A stretch of DNA of 64,000 nucleotides from Auanema rhodensis (lineage: Eukaryota; Animalia; Nematoda): positions 20,336,001 through 20,400,000 of the forward strand of contig OZ059894.1 in NCBI GenBank assembly GCA_964057225.1, in the 5' to 3' direction. Position 1 is the first letter of the stretch. The number at the start of each line of letters is the position of its first letter. Positions 40,366 to 56,700 of the stretch are shown here, piece after piece. The notes under the pieces are model-generated. The model was given only the letters and a program-made list of their open reading frames with translations. It was not told the origin of the DNA and searched no databases. Both the position numbers and the translations under genes were made by a program.

Positions 40366-43300
40366 CAAAAAGTAGATGTTTTTAGATTGCTTCTTTCAAG
40401 GCAAAGACGATGGACAATGTTATTGAACGAAAAAAATAATTCTTCAGGGTGAAAATCGGGGATATAAGTGTGAACTTATATCAGTTGATATCTCGGTGCA
40501 TTTTTGAGCTAGCGCAAATCTGATAACACAGATCGACGCAGCTTAAAAATCCGCATCGAATGCACTTTACTACATTGAGAAACGCTTAATACAAAAATTA
40601 GTTATGATCGTTTGAAAAATGATGCATTAGTTTATGTTGAGTTTCCATGTACACTCAACATTGCTTCCAAAAACATTTTGACAAAAATTTTTTCGAAAAA
40701 TTTCAAAATAAATTAGCAAAAAGTAGATGTTTTTAGATTGCTTTTTTCAAGGCAAAGACGATGGACAATGTTATTCAACGAAAAAATTAATTCTTCAGGG
40801 TGAAAATCGAGGATATAAGTGTGAACTTATATCAGTTGATATCTCGGTGCATTTTTAAGCTAGCGCAAATCTGATAACACAGATCGACGCAGCTTAAAAA
40901 TCCGCATCGAATGCACTATACTACATTGAGAAACGCTTAATACAAAAATTAGCTATGATCGTTTGAAAAATGATGCATTAGTGTATGTTGAGTTTCCATG
41001 TACACTCAACATTGCTTCCAAAAACATTTTGACAAAAATTTTTTCGAAAAATTTCAAAATAAATTAGCAAAAAGTAGATGTTTTTAGATTGCTTTTTTCA
41101 AGGCAAAGACGATGGACAATGTTATTGAACGAAAAAAATAATTCTTCAGGGTGAAAATCGGGGATATAAGTGTGAACTTATATCAGTTGATATCTCGGTG
41201 CATTTTTAAGCTAGCGCAGATCTGATAACACAGATCGACGCAGCTTAAAAATCCGCATCGAATGCACTTTACTACATTGAGAAACGCTTGATACAGAAAT
41301 TAGTTATGATCGTTTGAAAAATGATGCATTAGTTTATGTTGAGTTTCCATGTACACTCAACATTGCTTCCAAAAACATTTTGACAAAAATTTTTTCGAAA
41401 AATTTCAAAATAAATTAGCAAAAAGTAGATGTTTTTAGATTGCTTTTTTCAAGGCAAAGACGATGGACAATGTTATTCAACGAAAAAATTAATTCTTCAG
41501 GGTGAAAATCGAGGATATAAGTGTGAACTTATATCAGTTGATATCTCGGTGCATTTTTAAGCTAGCGCAAATCTGATAACACAGATCGACGCAGCTTAAA
41601 AATCCGCATCGAATGCACTATACTACATTGAGAAACGCTTAATACAAAAATTAGTTATGATCGTTTGAAAAATGATGCATTAGTGTATGTTGAGTTTCCA
41701 TGTACACTCAACATTGCTTCCAAAAACATTTTGACAAAAATTTTTTCGAAAAATTTCAAAATAAATTAGCAAAAAGTAGATGTTTTTAGATTGCTTTTTT
41801 CAAGGCAAAGACGATGGACAATGTTATTCAACGAAAAAAATAATTCTTCAGGGTGAAAATCGGGGATATAAGTGTGAACTTATATCAGTTGATATCTCGG
41901 TGCATTTTTAAGCTAGCGCAAATCTGATAACACAGATCGACGCAGCTTAAAAATCCGCATCGAATGCACTATACTACATTAAGAAACGCTTAATACAAAA
42001 ATTAGTTATGATCGTTTGAAAAATGATGCATTAGTGTATGTTGAGTTTCCATGTACACTCAACATTGCTTCCAAAAACATTTTGACAAAAATTTTTTCGA
42101 AAAATTTCAAAATAAATTAGCAAAAAGTAGATGTTTTTAGATTGCTTTTTTCAAGGCAAAGACGATGGACAATGTTATTGAACGAAAAAAATAATTCTTC
42201 AGGGTGAAAATCGGGGATATAAGTGTGAACTTATATCAGTTGATATCTCGGTGCATTTTTAAGCTAGCGCAAATCTGATAACACAGATCGACGCAGCTTA
42301 AAAATCCGCATCGAATGCACTTTACTACATTGAGAAACGCTTGATACAGAAATTAGTTATGATCGTTTGAAAAATGATGCATTAGTTTATGTTGAGTTTC
42401 CATGTACACTCAACATTGCTTCCAAAAACATTTTGACAAAAATTTTTTCGAAAAATTTCAAAATAAATTAGCAAAAAGTAGATGTTTTTAGATTGCTTTT
42501 TTCAAGGCAAAGACGATGGACAATGTTATTCAACGAAAAAAATAATTCTTCAGGGTGAAAATCGGGGATATAAGTGTGAACTTATATCAGTTGATATCTC
42601 GGTGCATTTTTAAGCTAGCGCAAATCTGATAACACAGATCGACGCAGCTTAAAAATCCGCATCGAATGCACTTTACTACATTGAGAAACGCTTGATACAG
42701 AAATTAGTTATGATCGTTTGAAAAATGATGCATTAGTTTATGTTGAGTTTCCATGTACACTCAACATTGCTTCCAAAAACATTTTGACAAAAATTTTTTC
42801 GAAAAATTTCAAAATAAATTAGCAAAAAGTAGATGTTTTTAGATTGCTTTTTTCAAGGCAAAGACGATGGACAATGTTATTCAACGATAAAAATAATTCT
42901 TCAGGGTGAAAATCGGGGATATAAGTGTGAACTTATATCAGTTGATATCTCGGTGCATTTTTAAGCTAGCGCAAATCTGATAACACAGATCGACGCAGCT
43001 TAAAAATCCGCATCGAATGCACTATACTACATTAAGAAACGCTTAATACAAAAATTAGTTATGATCGTTTGAAAAATGATGCATTAGTGTATGTTGAGTT
43101 TCCATGTACACTCAACATTGCTTCCAAAAACATTTTGACAAAAATTTTTTCGAAAAATTTCAAAATAAATTAGCAAAAAGTAGATGTTTTTAGATTGCTT
43201 TTTTCAAGGCAAAGACGATGGACAATGTTATTGAACGAAAAAAATAATTCTTCAGGGTGAAAATCGGGGATATAAGTGTGAACTTATATCAGTTGATATC

Positions 43301-46300
43301 TCGGTGCATTTTTAAGCTAGCGCAAATCTGATAACACAGATCGACGCAGCTTAAAAATCCGCATCGAATGCACTTTACTACATTGAGAAACGCTTGATAC
43401 AGAAATTAGTTATGATCGTTTGAAAAATGATGCATTAGTTTATGTTGAGTTTCCATGTACACTCAACATTGCTTCCAAAAACATTTTGACAAAAATTTTT
43501 TCGAAAAATTTCAAAATAAATTAGCAAAAAGTAGATGTTTTTAGATTGCTTTTTTCAAGGCAAAGACGATGGACAATGTTATTCAACGAAAAAATTAATT
43601 CTTCAGGGTGAAAATCGAGGATATAAGTGTGAACTTATATCAGTTGATATCTCGGTGCATTTTTAAGCTAGCGCAAATCTGATAACACAGATCGACGCAG
43701 CTTAAAAATCCGCATCGAATGCACTATACTACATTGAGAAACGCTTAATACAAAAATTAGTTATGATCGTTTGAAAAATGATGCATTAGTGTATGTTGAG
43801 TTTCCATGTACACTCAACATTGCTTCCAAAAACATTTTGACAAAAATTTTTTCGAAAAATTTCAAGATAAATTAGCAAAAAGTAGATGTTTTTAGATTGC
43901 TTTTTTCAAGGCAAAGACGATGGACAATGTTATTCAACGAAAAAAATAATTCTTCAGGGTGAAAATCGAGGATATAAGTGTGAACTTATATCAGTTGATA
44001 TCTCGGTGCATTTTTAAGCTAGCGCAAATCTGATAACACAGATCGACGCAGCTTAAAAATCCGCATCGAATGCACTATACTACATTGAGAAACGCTTAAT
44101 ACAAAAATTAGTTATGATCGTTTGAAAAATGATGCATTAGTTTATGTTGAGTTTCCATGTACACTCAACATTGCTTCCAAAAACATTTTGACAAAAATTT
44201 TTTCGAAAAATTTCAAAATAAATTAGCAAAAAGTAGATGTTTTTAGATTGCTTTTTTCAAGGCAAAGACGATGGACAATGTTATTCAACGAAAAAAATAA
44301 TTCTTCAGGGTGAAAATCGGGGATATAAGTGTGAACTTATATCAGTTGATATCTCGGTGCATTTTTAAGCTAGCGCAAATCTGATAACACAGATCGACGC
44401 AGCTTAAAAATCCGCATCGAATGCACTATACTACATTAAGAAACGCTTAATACAAAAATTAGTTATGATTGTTTGAAAAATGATGCATTAGTGTATGTTG
44501 AGTTTCCATGTACACTCAACATTGCTTCCAAAAACATTTTGACAAAAATTTTTTCGAAAAATTTCAAGATAATTTAGCAAAAAGTTGATGTTTTTAGATT
44601 CCTTTTTTCAAGGCAAAGACGATGGACAATGTTATTCAACGAAAAAATTAATTCTTCAGGGTGAAAATCGAGGATATAAGTGTGAACTTATATCAGTTGA
44701 TATCTCGGTGCATTTTCAAGCTAGCGCAAATCTGATAACACAGATCGACGCAGCTTAAAAATCCGCATCGAATGCACTATACTACAATGAGAAACGCTTA
44801 ATACAAAAATTAGTTATGATCGTTTGAAAAATGATGCATTAGTTTATGTTGAGTTTCCATGTACACTCAACATTGCTTCCAAAAACATTTTGACAAAAAT
44901 TTTTTCGAAAAATTTCAAAATAAATTAGCGAAAAGTAGATGTTTTTAGATTCTTTTTTTCAAGGCAAAGACGATGAACAATGTTATTCAACGAAAAAATT
45001 AATTCTTCAGGGTGAAAATCGAGGATATAAGTGTGAACTTATATCAGTTGATATCTCGGTGCATTTTTAAGCTAGCGCAAATCTGATAACACAGATCGAC
45101 GCAGCTTAAAAATCCGCATCGAATGCACTATACTACAATGAGAAACGCTTAATACAAAAATTAGTTATGATCGTTTGAAAAATGATGCATTAGTTTATGT
45201 TGAGTTTCCATGTACACTCAACATTGCTTCCAAAAACATTTTGACAAAAATTTTTTCGAAAAATTTCAAAATAAATTAGCGAAAAGTAGATGTTTTTAGA
45301 TTCTTTTTTTCAAGGCAAAGACGATGAACAATGTTATTCAACGAAAAAATTAATTCTTCAGGGTGAAAATCGAGGATATAAGTGTAAACTTATATCAGTT
45401 GATATCTCGGTGCATTTTTAAGCTAGCGCAAATCTGATAACACAGATCGACGCAGCTTAAAAATCCGCATCGAATGCACTATACTACATTGAGAAACGCT
45501 TGATACAAAAATTAGTTATGATCGTTTGAAAAATGATCCATTAGTGTATGTTGAGTTTCCATGTACACTCAACATTGCTTCCAAAAACATTTTGACAAAA
45601 ATTTTTTCGAAAAATTTCAAAATAAATTAGCAAAAAGTAGATGTTTTTAGATTGCTTTTTTCAAGGCAAAGACGATGGACAATGTTATTCAACGAAAAAA
45701 ATAATTCTTCAGGGTGAAAATCGGGGATATAAGTGTGAACTTATATCAGTTGATATCTCGGTGCATTTTTAAGCTAGCGCAAATCTGATAACACAGATCG
45801 ACGCAGCTTAAAAATCCGCATCGAATGCACTATACTACATTGAAAAAAGCTTAATACAAAAATTAGTTATGATCGTTTGAAAAATGATCCATTAGTGTAT
45901 GTTGAGTTTCCATGTACACTCAACATTGCTTCCAAAAACATTTTGACAAAAATTTTTTCGAAAAATTTCAAAATAAATTAGCAAAAAGTAGATGTTTTTA
46001 GATTGCTTTTTTCAAGGCAAAGACGATGGACAATGTTATTCAACGAAAAAAATAATTCTTCAGGGTGAAAATCGGGGATATAAGTGTGAACTTATATCAG
46101 TTGATATCTCGGTGCATTTTTAAGCTAGCGCAAATCTGATAACACAGATCGACGCAGCTTAAAAATCCGCATCGAATGCACTATACTACATTAAGAAACG
46201 CTTAATACAAAAATTAGTTATGATTGTTTGAAAAATGATGCATTAGTGTATGTTGATTTTCCATGTACACTCAACATTGCTTCCAAAAACATTTTGACAA

Positions 46301-47736
46301 AAATTTTTTCGAAAAATTTCAAGATAATTTAGCAAAAAGTAGATGTTTTTAGATTCCTTTTTTCAAGGCAAAGACGATGGACAATGTTATTCAACGAAAA
46401 AATTAATTCTTCAGGGTGAAAATTGAGGATATAAGTGTGAACTTATATCAGTTGATATCTCGGTGCATTTTCAAGCTAGCGCAAATCTGATAACACAGAT
46501 CGACGCAGCTTAAAAATCCGCATCGAATGCACTATACTACAATGAGAAACGCTTAATACAAAAATTAGTTATGATCGTTTGAAAAATGATGCATTAGTGT
46601 ATGTTGAGTTTCCATGTACACTCAACATTGCTTCCAAAAACATTTTGACAAAAATTTTTTCGAAAAATTTCAAAATAAATTAGCAAAAAGTAGATGTTTT
46701 TAGATTGCTTTTTTCAAGGCAAAGACGATGGACAATGTTATTCAACGAAAAAAATAATTCTTCAGGGTGAAAATCGGGGATATAAGTGTGAACTTATATC
46801 AGTTGATATCTCGGTGCATTTTTAAGCTAGCGCAAATCTGATAACACAGATCGACGCAGCTTAAAAATCCGCATCGAATGCACTATACTACATTGAAAAA
46901 AGCTTAATACAAAAATTAGTTATGATCGTTTGAAAAATGATCCATTAGTGTATGTTGAGTTTCCATGTACACTCAACATTGCTTCCAAAAACATTTTGAC
47001 AAAAATTTTTTCGAAAAATTTCAAAATAAATTAGCAAAAAGTAGATGTTTTTAGATTGCTTTTTTCAAGGCAAAGACGATGGACAATGTTATTCAACGAA
47101 AAAAATAATTCTTCAGGGTGAAAATCGGGGATATAAGTGTGAACTTATATCAGTTGATATCTCGGTGCATTTTTAAGCTAGCGCAAATCTGATAACACAG
47201 ATCGACGCAGCTTAAAAATCCGCATCGAATGCACTATACTACATTAAGAAACGCTTAATACAAAAATTAGTTATGATTGTTTGAAAAATGATGCATTAGT
47301 GTATGTTGATTTTCCATGTACACTCAACATTGCTTCCAAAAACATTTTGACAAAAATTTTTTCGAAAAATTTCAAGATAATTTAGCAAAAAGTAGATGTT
47401 TTTAGATTCCTTTTTTCAAGGCAAAGACGATGGACAATGTTATTCAACGAAAAAATTAATTCTTCAGGGTGAAAATTGAGGATATAAGTGTGAACTTATA
47501 TCAGTTGATATCTCGGTGCATTTTCAAGCTAGCGCAAATCTGATAACACAGATCGACGCAGCTTAAAAATCCGCATCGAATGCACTATACTACAATGAGA
47601 AACGCTTAATACAAAAATTAGTTATGATCGTTTGAAAAATGATGCATTAGTGTATGTTGAGTTTCCATGTACACTCAACATTGCTTCCAAAAACATTTTG
47701 ACAAAAATTTTTTCGAAAAATTTCAAAATAAATTAG
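40366..47736. repeat. Array domain III (monomers 116-136): transitional, more heterogeneous monomers
   Basis: gattgct is in most copies. Local markers are ttattgaac, cattaagaa and tgaaaaaagc. Confidence 0.7.
45631..47736. repeat. Tandem duplication of a 3-monomer (1053-bp) unit
   Basis: Markers tgaaaaaagc, then attaag+gattgt+gttgatttt, then aattgag+acaatgag, repeat in monomers 131-133 and 134-136. Confidence 0.88.
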
Positions 47737-50700
47737 CAAAAAGTAGATGTTTTTAGATTGCTTTTTTCAAGGCAAAGACGATGGACAATGTTATTCAACG
47801 AAAAAATTAATTCTTCAGGGTGAAAATCGAGGATATAAGTGTGAACTTATATCAGTTGATATCTCGGTGCATTTTTAAGCTAGCGTAAATCTGATAACAC
47901 AGATCGACGCAGCTTAAAAATCCGCATCGAATGCACTATACTACATTGAGAAACGCTTGATACAGAAATTAGTTATGATCGTTTGAAAAATGATGCATTA
48001 GTGTATGTTGAGTTTCCATGTACACTCAACATTGCTTCCAAAAACATTTTGACAAAAATTTTTTCGAAAAATTTCAAAATAAATTAGCAAAAAGTAGATG
48101 TTTTTAGATTCCTTTTTTCAAGGCAAAGACGATGGACAATGTTATTCAACGAAAAAATTAATTCTTCAGGGTGAAAATCGAGGATATAAGTGTGAACTTA
48201 TATCAGTTGATATCTCGGTGCATTTTTAAGCTAGCGCAAATCTGATAACACAGATCGACGCAGCTCAAAAATCCGCATCGAATGCACTATACTACATTGA
48301 GAAACGCTTAATACAAAAATTAGTTATGATCGTTTGAAAAATGATGCATTAGTGTATGTTGAGTTTCCATGTACACTCAACATTGCTTCCAAAAACATTT
48401 TGACAAAAATTTTTTCGAAAAATTTCAGAATAAATTAGCAAAAAGTAGATGTTTTTAGATTGCTTTTTTCAAGGCAAAGACGATGGACAATGTTATTCAA
48501 CGAAAAAATTAATTCTTCAGGGTGAAAATCGAGGATATAAGTGTGAACTTATATCAGTTGATATCTCGGTGCATTTTTAAGCTAGCGTAAATCTGATAAC
48601 ACAGATCGACGCAGCTTAAAAATCCGCATCGAATGCACTATACTACATTGAGAAACGCTTGATACAGAAATTAGTTATGATCGTTTGAAAAATGATGCAT
48701 TAGTGTATGTTGAGTTTCCATGTACACTCAACATTGCTTCCAAAAACATTTTGACAAAAATTTTTTCGAAAAATTTCAAAATAAATTAGCAAAAAGTAGA
48801 TGTTTTTAGATTCCTTTTTTCAAGGCAAAGACGATGGACAATGTTATTCAACGAAAAAATTAATTCTTCAGGGTGAAAATCGAGGATATAAGTGTGAACT
48901 TATATCAGTTGATATCTCGGTGCATTTTTAAGCTAGCGCAAATCTGATAACACAGATCGACGCAGCTCAAAAATCCGCATCGAATGCACTATACTACATT
49001 GAGAAACGCTTAATACAAAAATTAGTTATGATCGTTTGAAAAATGATGCATTAGTGTATGTTGAGTTTCCATGTACACTCAACATTGCTTCCAAAAACAT
49101 TTTGACAAAAATTTTTTCGAAAAATTTCAGAATAAATTAGCAAAAAGTAGATGTTTTTAGATTGCTTTTTTCAAGGCAAAGACGATGGACAATGTTATTC
49201 AACGAAAAAATTAATTCTTCAGGGTGAAAATCGAGGATATAAGTGTGAACTTATATCAGTTGATATCTCGGTGCATTTTTAAGCTAGCGTAAATCTGATA
49301 ACACAGATCGACGCAGCTTAAAAATCCGCATCGAATGCACTATACTACATGGAGAAACGCTTGATACAGAAATTAGTTATGATCGTTTGAAAAATGATGC
49401 ATTAGTGTATGTTGAGTTTCCATGTACACTCAACATTGCTTCCAAAAACATTTTGACAAAAATTTTTTCGAAAAATTTCAAAATAAATTAGCAAAAAGTA
49501 GATGTTTTTAGATTCCTTTTTTCAAGGCAAAGACGATGGACAATGTTATTCAACGAAAAAATTAATTCTTCAGGGTGAAAATCGAGGATATAAGTGTGAA
49601 CTTATATCAGTTGATATCTCGGTGCATTTTTAAGCTAGCGCAAATCTGATAACACAGATCGACGCAGCTCAAAAATCCGCATCGAATGCACTATACTACA
49701 TTGAGAAACGCTTAATACAAAAATTAGTTATGATCGTTTGAAAAATGATGCATTAGTTTATGTTGAGTTTCCATGTACACTCAACATTGCTTCCAAAAAC
49801 ATTTTGACAAAAATTTTTTCGAAAAATTTCAAAATAAATTAGCAAAAAGTAGATGTTTTTAGATTCCTTTTTTCAAGGCAAAGACGATGAACAATGTTAT
49901 TCAACGAAAAAATTAATTCTTCAGGGTGAAAATCGAGGATATAAGTGTAAACTTATATCAGTTGATATCTCGGTGCATTTTTAAGCTAGCGCAAATCTGA
50001 TAACACAGATCGACGCAGCTTAAAAATCCGCATCGAATGCACTATACAACATTGAGAAACGCTTAATACAAAAATTAGTTATGATCGTTTGAAAAATGAT
50101 GCATTAGTTTATGTTGAGTTTCCATGTACACTCAACATTGCTTCCAAAAACATTTTGACAAAAATTTTTTCGAAAAATTTCAGAATAAATTAGCAAAAAG
50201 TAGATGTTTTTAGATTCCTTTTTTCAAGGCAAAGACGATGAACAATGTTATTCAACGAAAAAATTAATTCTTCAGGGTGAAAATCGAGGATATAAGTGTA
50301 AACTTATATCAGTTGATATCTCGGTGCATTTTTAAGCTAGCGCAAATCTGATAACACAGATCGACGCAGCTTAAAAATCCGCATCAAATGCACTATACTA
50401 CATTGAGAAACGCTTGATACAGAAATTAGTTATGATCGTTTGAAAAATGATCGATTAGTGTATGTTGAGTTTCCATGTACACTCAACATTGCTTCCAAAA
50501 ACATTTTGACAAAAATTTTTTTGAAAAATTTCAAAATAAATTAGCAAAAAGTAGATGTTTTTAGATTGCTTCTTTCAAGGCAAAGACGATGGACAATGTT
50601 ATTCAACGAAAAAAATAATTCTTCAGGGTGAAACTCGAGGATATAAGTGTGAACTTATATCAGTTGATATCTCGGTGCATTTTTAAGCTAGCGTAAATCT

Positions 50701-53700
50701 GATAACACAGATCGACGCAGCTTAAAAATCCGCATCGAATGCACTATACTACATTGAGAAACGCTTGATACAGAAATTAGTTATGATCGTTTGAAAAATG
50801 ATGCATTAGTGTATGTTGAGTTTCCATGTACACTCAACATTGCTTCCAAAAACATTTTGACAAAAATTTTTTCGAAAAATTTCAAAATAAATTAGCAAAA
50901 AGTAGATGTTTTTAGATTCCTTTTTTCAAGGCAAAGACGATGGACAATGTTATTCAACGAAAAAATTAATTCTTCAGGGTGAAAATTGAGGATATAAGTG
51001 TGAACTTATATCAGTTGATATCTCGGTGCATTTTCAAGCTAGCGCAAATCTGATAACACAGATCGACGCAGCTTAAAAATCCGCATCGAATGCACTATAC
51101 TACAATGAGAAACGCTTAATACAAAAATTAGTTATGATCGTTTGAAAAATGATGCATTAGTGTATGTTGAGTTTCCATGTACACTCAACATTGCTTCCAA
51201 AAACATTTTGACAAAAATTTTTTTGAAAAATTTCAAAATAAATTAGCAAAAAGTAGATGTTTTTAGATTGCTTTTTTCAAGGCAAAGACGATGGACAATG
51301 TTATTCAACGAAAAAAATAATTCTTCAGGGTGAAACTCGAGGATATAAGTGTGAACTTATATCAGTTGATATCTCGGTGCATTTTTAAGCTAGCGCAAAT
51401 CTGATAACACAGATCGACGCAGCTCAAAAATCCGCATCGAATGCACTATACTACATTGAGAAACGCTTAATACAAAAATTAGTTATGATCGTTTGAAAAA
51501 TGATGCATTAGTTTATGTTGAGTTTCCATGTACACTCAACATTGCTTCCAAAAACATTTTGACAAAAATTTTTTCGAAAAATTTCAAAATAAATTAGCAA
51601 AAAGTAGATGTTTTTAGATTCCTTTTTTCAAGGCAAAGACGATGAACAATGTTATTCAACGAAAAAATTAATTCTTCAGGGTGAAAATCGAGGATATAAG
51701 TGTAAACTTATATCAGTTGATATCTCGGTGCATTTTTAAGCTAGCGCAAATCTGATAACACAGATCGACGCAGCTTAAAAATCCGCATCAAATGCACTAT
51801 ACTACATTGAGAAACGCTTGATACAGAAATTAGTTATGATCGTTTGAAAAATGATCGATTAGTGTATGTTGAGTTTCCATGTACACTCAACATTGCTTCC
51901 AAAAACATTTTGACAAAAATTTTTTTGAAAAATTTCAAAATAAATTAGCAAAAAGTAGATGTTTTTAGATTGCTTTTTTCAAGGCAAAGACGATGGACAA
52001 TGTTATTCAACGAAAAAAATAATTCTTCAGGGTGAAACTCGAGGATATAAGTGTGAACTTATATCAGTTGATATCTCGGTGCATTTTTAAGCTAGCGTAA
52101 ATCTGATAACACAGATCGACGCAGCTTAAAAATCCGCATCGAATGCACTATACTACATTGAGAAACGCTTAATACAAAAATTAGTTATGATCGTTTGGAA
52201 AATGATGCATTAGTGTATGTTGAGTTTCCATGTACACTCAACATTGCTTCCAAAAACATTTTGACAAAAATTTTTTCGAAAAATTTCAAAATAAATTAGC
52301 AAAAAGTAGATGTTTTTAGATTCCTTTTTTCAAGGCAAAGACGATGGACAATGTTATTCAACGAAAAAATTAATTCTTCAGGGTGAAAATTGAGGATATA
52401 AGTGTGAACTTATATCAGTTGATATCTCGGTGCATTTTCAAGCTAGCGCAAATCTGATAACACAGATCGACGCAGCTTAAAAATCCGCATCGAATGCACT
52501 ATACTACAATGAGAAACGCTTAATACAAAAATTAGTTATGATCGTTTGAAAAATGATGCATTAGTGTATGTTGAGTTTCCATGTACACTCAACATTGCTT
52601 CCAAAAACATTTTGACAAAAATTTTTTTGAAAAATTTCAAAATAAATTAGCAAAAAGTAGATGTTTTTAGATTGCTTTTTTCAAGGCAAAGACGATGGAC
52701 AATGTTATTCAACGAAAAAAATAATTCTTCAGGGTGAAACTCGAGGATATAAGTGTGAACTTATATCAGTTGATATCTCGGTGCATTTTTAAGCTAGCGT
52801 AAATCTGATAACACAGATCGACGCAGCTTAAAAATCCGCATCGAATGCACTATACTACATTGAGAAACGCTTGATACAGAAATTAGTTATGATCGTTTGA
52901 AAAATGATGCATTAGTGTATGTTGAGTTTCCATGTACACTCAACATTGCTTCCAAAAACATTTTGACAAAAATTTTTTCGAAAAATTTCAAAATAAATTA
53001 GCAAAAAGTAGATGTTTTTAGATTGCTTTTTTCAAGGCAAAGACGATGGACAATGTTATTCAACGAAAAAAATAATTCTTCAGGGTGAAACTCGAGGATA
53101 TAAGTGTGAACTTATATCAGTTGATATCTCGGTGCATTTTTAAGCTAGCGTAAATCTGATAACACAGATCGACGCAGCTTAAAAATCCGCATCGAATGCA
53201 CTATACTACATTGAGAAACGCTTAATACAAAAATTAGTTATGATCGTTTGGAAAATGATGCATTAGTGTATGTTGAGTTTTCATGTACACTCAACATTGC
53301 TTCCAAAAACATTTTGACAAAAATTTTTTCGAAAAATTTCAAAATAAATTAGCAAAAAGTAGATGTTTTTAGATTCCTTTTTTCAAGGCAAAGACGATGG
53401 ACAATGTTATTCAACGAAAAAATTAATTCTTCAGGGTGAAAATTGAGGATATAAGTGTGAACTTATATCAGTTGATATCTCGGTGCATTTTCAAGCTAGC
53501 GCAAATCTGATAACACAGATCGACGCAGCTTAAAAATCCGCATCGAATGCACTATACTACAATGAGAAACGCTTAATACAAAAATTAGTTATGATCGTTT
53601 GAAAAATGATGCATTAGTGTATGTTGAGTTTCCATGTACACTCAACATTGCTTCCAAAAACATTTTGACAAAAATTTTTTTGAAAAATTTCAAAATAAAT

Positions 53701-56700
53701 TAGCAAAAAGTAGATGTTTTTAGATTGCTTTTTTCAAGGCAAAGACGATGGACAATGTTATTCAACGAAAAAAATAATTCTTCAGGGTGAAACTCGAGGA
53801 TATAAGTGTGAACTTATATCAGTTGATATCTCGGTGCATTTTTAAGCTAGCGTAAATCTGATAACACAGATCGACGCAGCTTAAAAATCCGCATCGAATG
53901 CACTATACTACATTGAGAAACGCTTAATACAAAAATAAGTTATGATCGTTTGAAAAATGATGCATTAGTGTATGTTGAGTTTCCATGTACACTCAACATT
54001 GCTTCCAAAAACATTTTGACAAAAATTTTTTCGAAAAATTTCAAAATAAATTAGCAAAAAGTAGATGTTTTTAGATTCCTTTTTTCAAGGCAAAGACGAT
54101 GGACAATGTTATTCAACGAAAAAATTAATTCTTCAGGGTGAAAATCGAGGATATAAGTGTAAACTTATATCAGTTGATATCTCGGTGCATTTTTAAGCTA
54201 GCGCAAATCTGATAACACAGATCGACGCAGCTCAAAAATCCGCATCGAATGCACTATACTACATTGAGAAACGCTTGATACAGAAATTAGTTATGATCGT
54301 TTGAAAAATGATGCATTAGTGTATGTTGAGTTTCCATGTACACTCAACATTGCTTCCAAAAACATTTTGACAAAAATTTTTTCGAAAAATTTCAAAATAA
54401 ATTAGCAAAAAGTAGATGTTTTTAGATTCCTTTTTTCAAGGCAAAGACGATGGACAATGTTATTCAACGAAAAAATTAATTCTTCAGGGTGAAAATCGAG
54501 GATATAAGTGTGAACTTATATCAGTTGATATCTCGGTGCATTTTTAAGCTAGCGCAAATCTGATAACACAGATCGACGCAGCTCAAAAATCCGCATCGAA
54601 TGCACTATACTACATTGAGAAACGCTTAATACAAAAATTAGTTATGATCGTTTGAAAAATGATGCATTAGTTTATGTTGAGTTTCCATGTACACTCAACA
54701 TTGCTTCCAAAAACATTTTGACAAAAATTTTTTCGAAAAATTTCAAAATAAATTAGCAAAAAGTAGATGTTTTTAGATTCCTTTTTTCAAGGCAAAGACG
54801 ATGAACAATGTTATTCAACGAAAAAATTAATTCTTCAGGGTGAAAATCGAGGATATAAGTGTAAACTTATATCAGTTGATATCTCGGTGCATTTTTAAGC
54901 TAGCGCAAATCTGATAACACAGATCGACGCAGCTTAAAAATCCGCATCGAATGCACTATACAACATTGAGAAACGCTTAATACAAAAATTAGTTATGATC
55001 GTTTGAAAAATGATGCATTAGTTTATGTTGAGTTTCCATGTACACTCAACATTGCTTCCAAAAACATTTTGACAAAAATTTTTTCGAAAAATTTCAGAAT
55101 AAATTAGCAAAAAGTAGATGTTTTTAGATTCCTTTTTTCAAGGCAAAGACGATGAACAATGTTATTCAACGAAAAAATTAATTCTTCAGGGTGAAAATCG
55201 AGGATATAAGTGTAAACTTATATCAGTTGATATCTCGGTGCATTTTTAAGCTAGCGCAAATCTGATAACACAGATCGACGCAGCTTAAAAATCCGCATCA
55301 AATGCACTATACTACATTGAGAAACGCTTGATACAGAAATTAGTTATGATCGTTTGAAAAATGATCGATTAGTGTATGTTGAGTTTCCATGTACACTCAA
55401 CATTGCTTCCAAAAACATTTTGACAAAAATTTTTTTGAAAAATTTCAAAATAAATTAGCAAAAAGTAGATGTTTTTAGATTGCTTTTTTCAAGGCAAAGA
55501 CGATGGACAATGTTATTCAACGAAAAAAATAATTCTTCAGGGTGAAACTCGAGGATATAAGTGTGAACTTATATCAGTTGATATCTCGGTGCATTTTTAA
55601 GCTAGCGCAAATCTGATAACACAGATCGACGCAGCTTAAAAATCCGCATCGAATGCACTATACTACATTGAGAAACGCTCAATACAAAAATTAGTTATGA
55701 TCGTTTGAAAAATGATCCATTAGTGTATGTTGAGTTTCCATGTACACTCAACATTGCTTCCAAAAACATTTTGACAAAAATTTTTTCGAAAAATTTCAGA
55801 TAAAATTAGCAAAAAGTAGATGTTTTTAGATTCCTTTTTTCAAGGCAAAGACGATGAACAATGTTATTCAACGAAAAAATTAATTCTTCAGGGTGAAAAT
55901 CGAGGATATAAGTGTAAACTTATATCAGTTGATATCTCGGTGCATTTTTAAGCTAGCGCAAATCTGATAACACAGATCGACGCAGCTTAAAAATCCGCAT
56001 CAAATGCACTATACTACATTGAGAAACGCTTGATACAGAAATTAGTTATGATCGTTTGAAAAATGATCGATTAGTGTATGTTGAGTTTCCATGTACACTC
56101 AACATTGCTTCCAAAAACATTTTGACAAAAATTTTTTTGAAAAATTTCAAAATAAATTAGCAAAAAGTAGATGTTTTTAGATTGCTTTTTTCAAGGCAAA
56201 GACGATGGACAATGTTATTCAACGAAAAAAATAATTCTTCAGGGTGAAACTCGAGGATATAAGTGTGAACTTATATCAGTTGATATCTCGGTGCATTTTT
56301 AAGCTAGCGTAAATCTGATAACACAGATCGACGCAGCTTAAAAATCCGCATCGAATGCACTATACTACATTGAGAAACGCTTGATACAGAAATTAGTTAT
56401 GATCGTTTGAAAAATGATGCATTAGTGTATGTTGAGTTTCCATGTACACTCAACATTGCTTCCAAAAACATTTTGACAAAAATTTTTTCGAAAAATTTCA
56501 AAATAAATTAGCAAAAAGTAGATGTTTTTAGATTCCTTTTTTCAAGGCAAAGACGATGGACAATGTTATTCAACGAAAAAATTAATTCTTCAGGGTGAAA
56601 ATTGAGGATATAAGTGTGAACTTATATCAGTTGATATCTCGGTGCATTTTCAAGCTAGCGCAAATCTGATAACACAGATCGACGCAGCTTAAAAATCCGC

